This document shows, piece by piece, positions 18,770 to 21,100 of a DNA stretch of 21,100 bases. Numbering within the stretch: position 1 is the first letter of the stretch; each line of letters opens with the position of its first letter. The notes beneath the pieces are model-generated. The model was given only the letters and a program-made list of their open reading frames with translations. It had not been told where the DNA came from and searched no databases. A program made the position numbers and the translations under genes. The stretch comes from Macrostomum lignano (lineage: Eukaryota), in contig NIVC01001152.1 of assembly GCA_002269645.1 (NCBI GenBank), forward strand, positions 1 to 21,100, in the 5' to 3' direction.

Positions 18770-18909
18770 CCTCTCCGCGCAACAGAAATCGTCTCCGTGA
18801 AACTGAACACTATCGAAATCCTCTCCGTGAAACTGAACACCATCGAAATATTCTCCGCGAAATAGAAATCCTCTCCGTGAAACTGGACTAAATCGAAATT
18901 TCTACGTCA
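18770..18909 (+). repeat. 30/20-bp minisatellite, U9
   Basis: Matches the U8 array. Confidence 0.9.
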
Positions 18910-18936
18910 AATAGCCCAGCTCTCAGAATTCATTGG

Positions 18937-18956
18937 TTAGGGTTAGGGTTAGGGTT
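18937..18956 (+). repeat. Interstitial telomeric-type tract, U9
   Basis: (TTAGGG)3 TT. Confidence 0.92.
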
Positions 18957-18957
18957 G

Positions 18958-19472
18958 ACAGCTGCGTGTTGAAAGGCGCCGTAAAAACATTGAACCAATT
19001 AAATTGCGCAACTTATTTCTCAGGCAGTCAGTATCAGCCTCAGTTAAAGTTAACAAAAAGATTGCGCAATCTAAATCAACCCTCAATACACAGCAACCGA
19101 CCCCCCTTCCAATACGCAGTGCAGCTAGAAATTGAACTCCCCCCACCAACTATTGGGGGGTCGGTCGAACCCCCATTGAACTCCAAAATGAGCACAATCT
19201 TTGCAGAAAGCTAAAAGTATGAAAATCTTTTCTTGAATGCTGTGAATTTAATTTTCATATTTAAAGCAAAAAACTTATATCCCCGAACTCATTGCAGCAA
19301 GATCTTTCCAGCAATATAAGTCTCTCCTCTCTAAGTTCAAAACTCGAGCAACAGTTAGTGTTTGAAACTTTCTGATTTTAAGCATTGAAATATCGAGTGT
19401 ACGTTCACTGCCTGCTAAAGATGCTCGCAAGTTTATGCATTAAAATGCACTGAATTTCACTGTGCAAAAAAT
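18958..19472. repeat. One internal module, U9
   Basis: Matches the U8 module. Confidence 0.88.
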
Positions 19473-19629
19473 ACACAGGGCTTCCTGTTAAAAAACAGAA
19501 CACAAATAGTTGCGCAATTGTCTATAAAGTCAGTCAGTGAGCCAGGGTTCAAGTGTACACACGCAGCCACTGAGAACGCGACCATCCCCCCACTTGAGAG
19601 AAAATACACTGCCAAGATAGAAAAATTTT

Positions 19630-19925
19630 ATGGCGCAATCACTAAAATTGATGCAAATTTTCAGCTCCAAGCAGAAAGAGGGGACAATTAAGATTATCAA
19701 AGGTCAAGACCGCCATTTTCTGCTTTTTTAGGGATCTTAAAATTGAAAATGAAAGATTAAAATAGCCTAAAGCCATCCTCGGAAAATTTGCAGTTTTCCC
19801 ATATAAGTTTCAACGCTGACTTGCAAGTATTCTAGGAGGAGTTATCCAACAAACACACACACACACAGACAAACAACGCACCAGTTTTAGTATTAACGAG
19901 GCCAACTCCTCCTCTGGAGGAGAAA
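19630..19925 (-). mobile_element. HINE-like left end, copy 10 (haplotype Y)
   Basis: Hairpin ctcctcc-tct-ggaggag at 19906-19922 has an intact stem and a changed loop. Confidence 0.55.
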
Positions 19926-19991
19926 GGGGAAGAATTCCCATCACCGGTACTCCATTCCCTGAAATGCCATTCCCTGAACCATCATCCAACT

Positions 19992-20188
19992 CCTCTCCGC
20001 GAAACTGAACATCATCGAAATCTTCTCCGTAAAAGAGAACTCCATCAAACACCTCTCCGTGAAACTGACATTCATCAAAATCCCTCCGAGAAATAGAAAA
20101 TCCTCCCACCACGAACAGATCCTCTCCGTCAAAATTAAAACATTGAAATCGTCTCCGCTAAACTGGACTCAATCGATTTTTTCCGTCA
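19992..20188 (+). repeat. 30/20-bp minisatellite, U10
   Basis: More diverged copies of the same repeat units. Confidence 0.85.
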
Positions 20189-20218
20189 AACAACTCAACT
20201 ACTCTCCAGATTCATTGG

Positions 20219-20244
20219 TTAGGGTTAGGGTTAGGTTAGGTTAG
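20219..20244 (+). repeat. Interstitial telomeric-type tract, U10
   Basis: (TTAGGG)2 (TTAGG)2 TTAG. Confidence 0.9.
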
Positions 20245-20248
20245 AACT

Positions 20249-21100
20249 ACGCACAGCTTCGTGTTAAAAGGCACTGATAAAAATATTGAACTAATTGAAT
20301 CAATTCATTGCGCACCGATTTCACAGTCAGTCAGTATCAGTCTCAGTTAAAGTTACAAAAACATTGCGCAATCTAAATTTCAACCCTCCAATACACAGCA
20401 GCAGTGAGAAGTTGAACCCTCCCCCCCAACTTTATCTATTACGTCTCCGCAAAACTGAGAACAATTTTTGCAGAAAATTAAAAAGCATGGAAATAGTTTT
20501 TTTAAATGCTGTGCTTTTTCTTTTCATATTTAAAGATAACAAATTATATCCCCGAACTCAGCGTTGCAAGATCTTTCCAGCAATATAAGTTTCTTCCTAT
20601 CAAAGTTAGAAACTCGAGCAACAGTTTGCGTTTGAAACTTTCTGATTTAAAGCATTGAATATCGAGTGTACGTTCACTTGCCTGCTAAAGAGGCTCGCAA
20701 GTTTATGCATTGAATTTCAATGTTCAAAACTTCACAGTGGGCGCAGCCTATTGAAAGGCACAGATAATAAAACAAATTGATGGCAACCGATTTCACAGTC
20801 AGTCAGTATCAGTCTCAGTTCAAGTTAACAAAAAGTTTGCGCAATCTAAATCAACCCTCCAGTACACAGCGCCCGACCCCCTTCCACTACGCAGTGGCAG
20901 TTAGAAATTGAACCCCCAACTGTTGGGGGGTCAGTCGAACGCCCATTGAACCCCAAAATGAGTACAATCTTTGCAGAAAGCTAAAAGTCTGGAAATAGTT
21001 TTTTTGATGCTGTGCTTTTAGTTTTTCTATTTAAAGCAAACAATTATATCTCGAACTCAGTGTTGCAAGATCTATTCAGCAGTATAAGTCTCTTCTCTTA
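20249..21100. repeat. Two tandem internal modules, U10 (second is partial)
   Basis: Landmark at about 20313 and 20784. Confidence 0.85.

Larger units (their letters stand above)
18683..19905. repeat. Unit U9 (short type E, 1223 bp)
   Basis: Tandem near-identical copy of U8. Confidence 0.9.
1..21100. repeat. Composite tandem array (macrosatellite-like), about 10 units
   Basis: The same ordered domains recur. The hairpin landmark starts at 184, 2604, 4983, 7186, 9949, 12325, 14655, 17458, 18683 and 19906. The array runs off both ends of the window. Confidence 0.97.
19906..21100. repeat. Unit U10 (type F, partial)
   Basis: No CT block, two modules, truncated by the window end. Confidence 0.88.

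Noticed and set aside
20280-21100. Many single-base deletions in U10 as a sign of special decay
   Set aside because: They cannot be separated from consensus error without reads.

Overview
No protein-coding gene, rRNA, tRNA or CRISPR array can be supported in this window. All 21.1 kb is a eukaryotic, animal-like composite tandem array of about 10 head-to-tail units (seven of 2.2-2.8 kb, two of about 1.22 kb, one partial). On the + strand each unit runs: a CTCCTCC-TTC-GGAGGAG hairpin; the start of a 30/20-bp minisatellite; a 0.35-1.1 kb CT-rich block (long units only); the rest of the minisatellite; a short (TTAGGG)n tract; one or two ~440-520 bp modules rich in TTGCGCAA palindromes; then a conserved ~300 bp block ending in a GACA/CA microsatellite. 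Read on the - strand, that last block plus the hairpin resembles the left end of a non-autonomous Helentron (HINE/DINE-1-like) element. This is inferred from architecture only, and no matching right-end subterminal repeat was found. Unit order is A-B-C-D-B-C'-D-E-E-F, showing a partly duplicated trimer and mosaic exchange of sub-domains. Two units carry a GC-rich double-hairpin insertion (60 and 54 bp) with a 12-bp target duplication. The listed ORFs are translations of repeats. All coordinates and counts were read by eye and may be off by a few bases.
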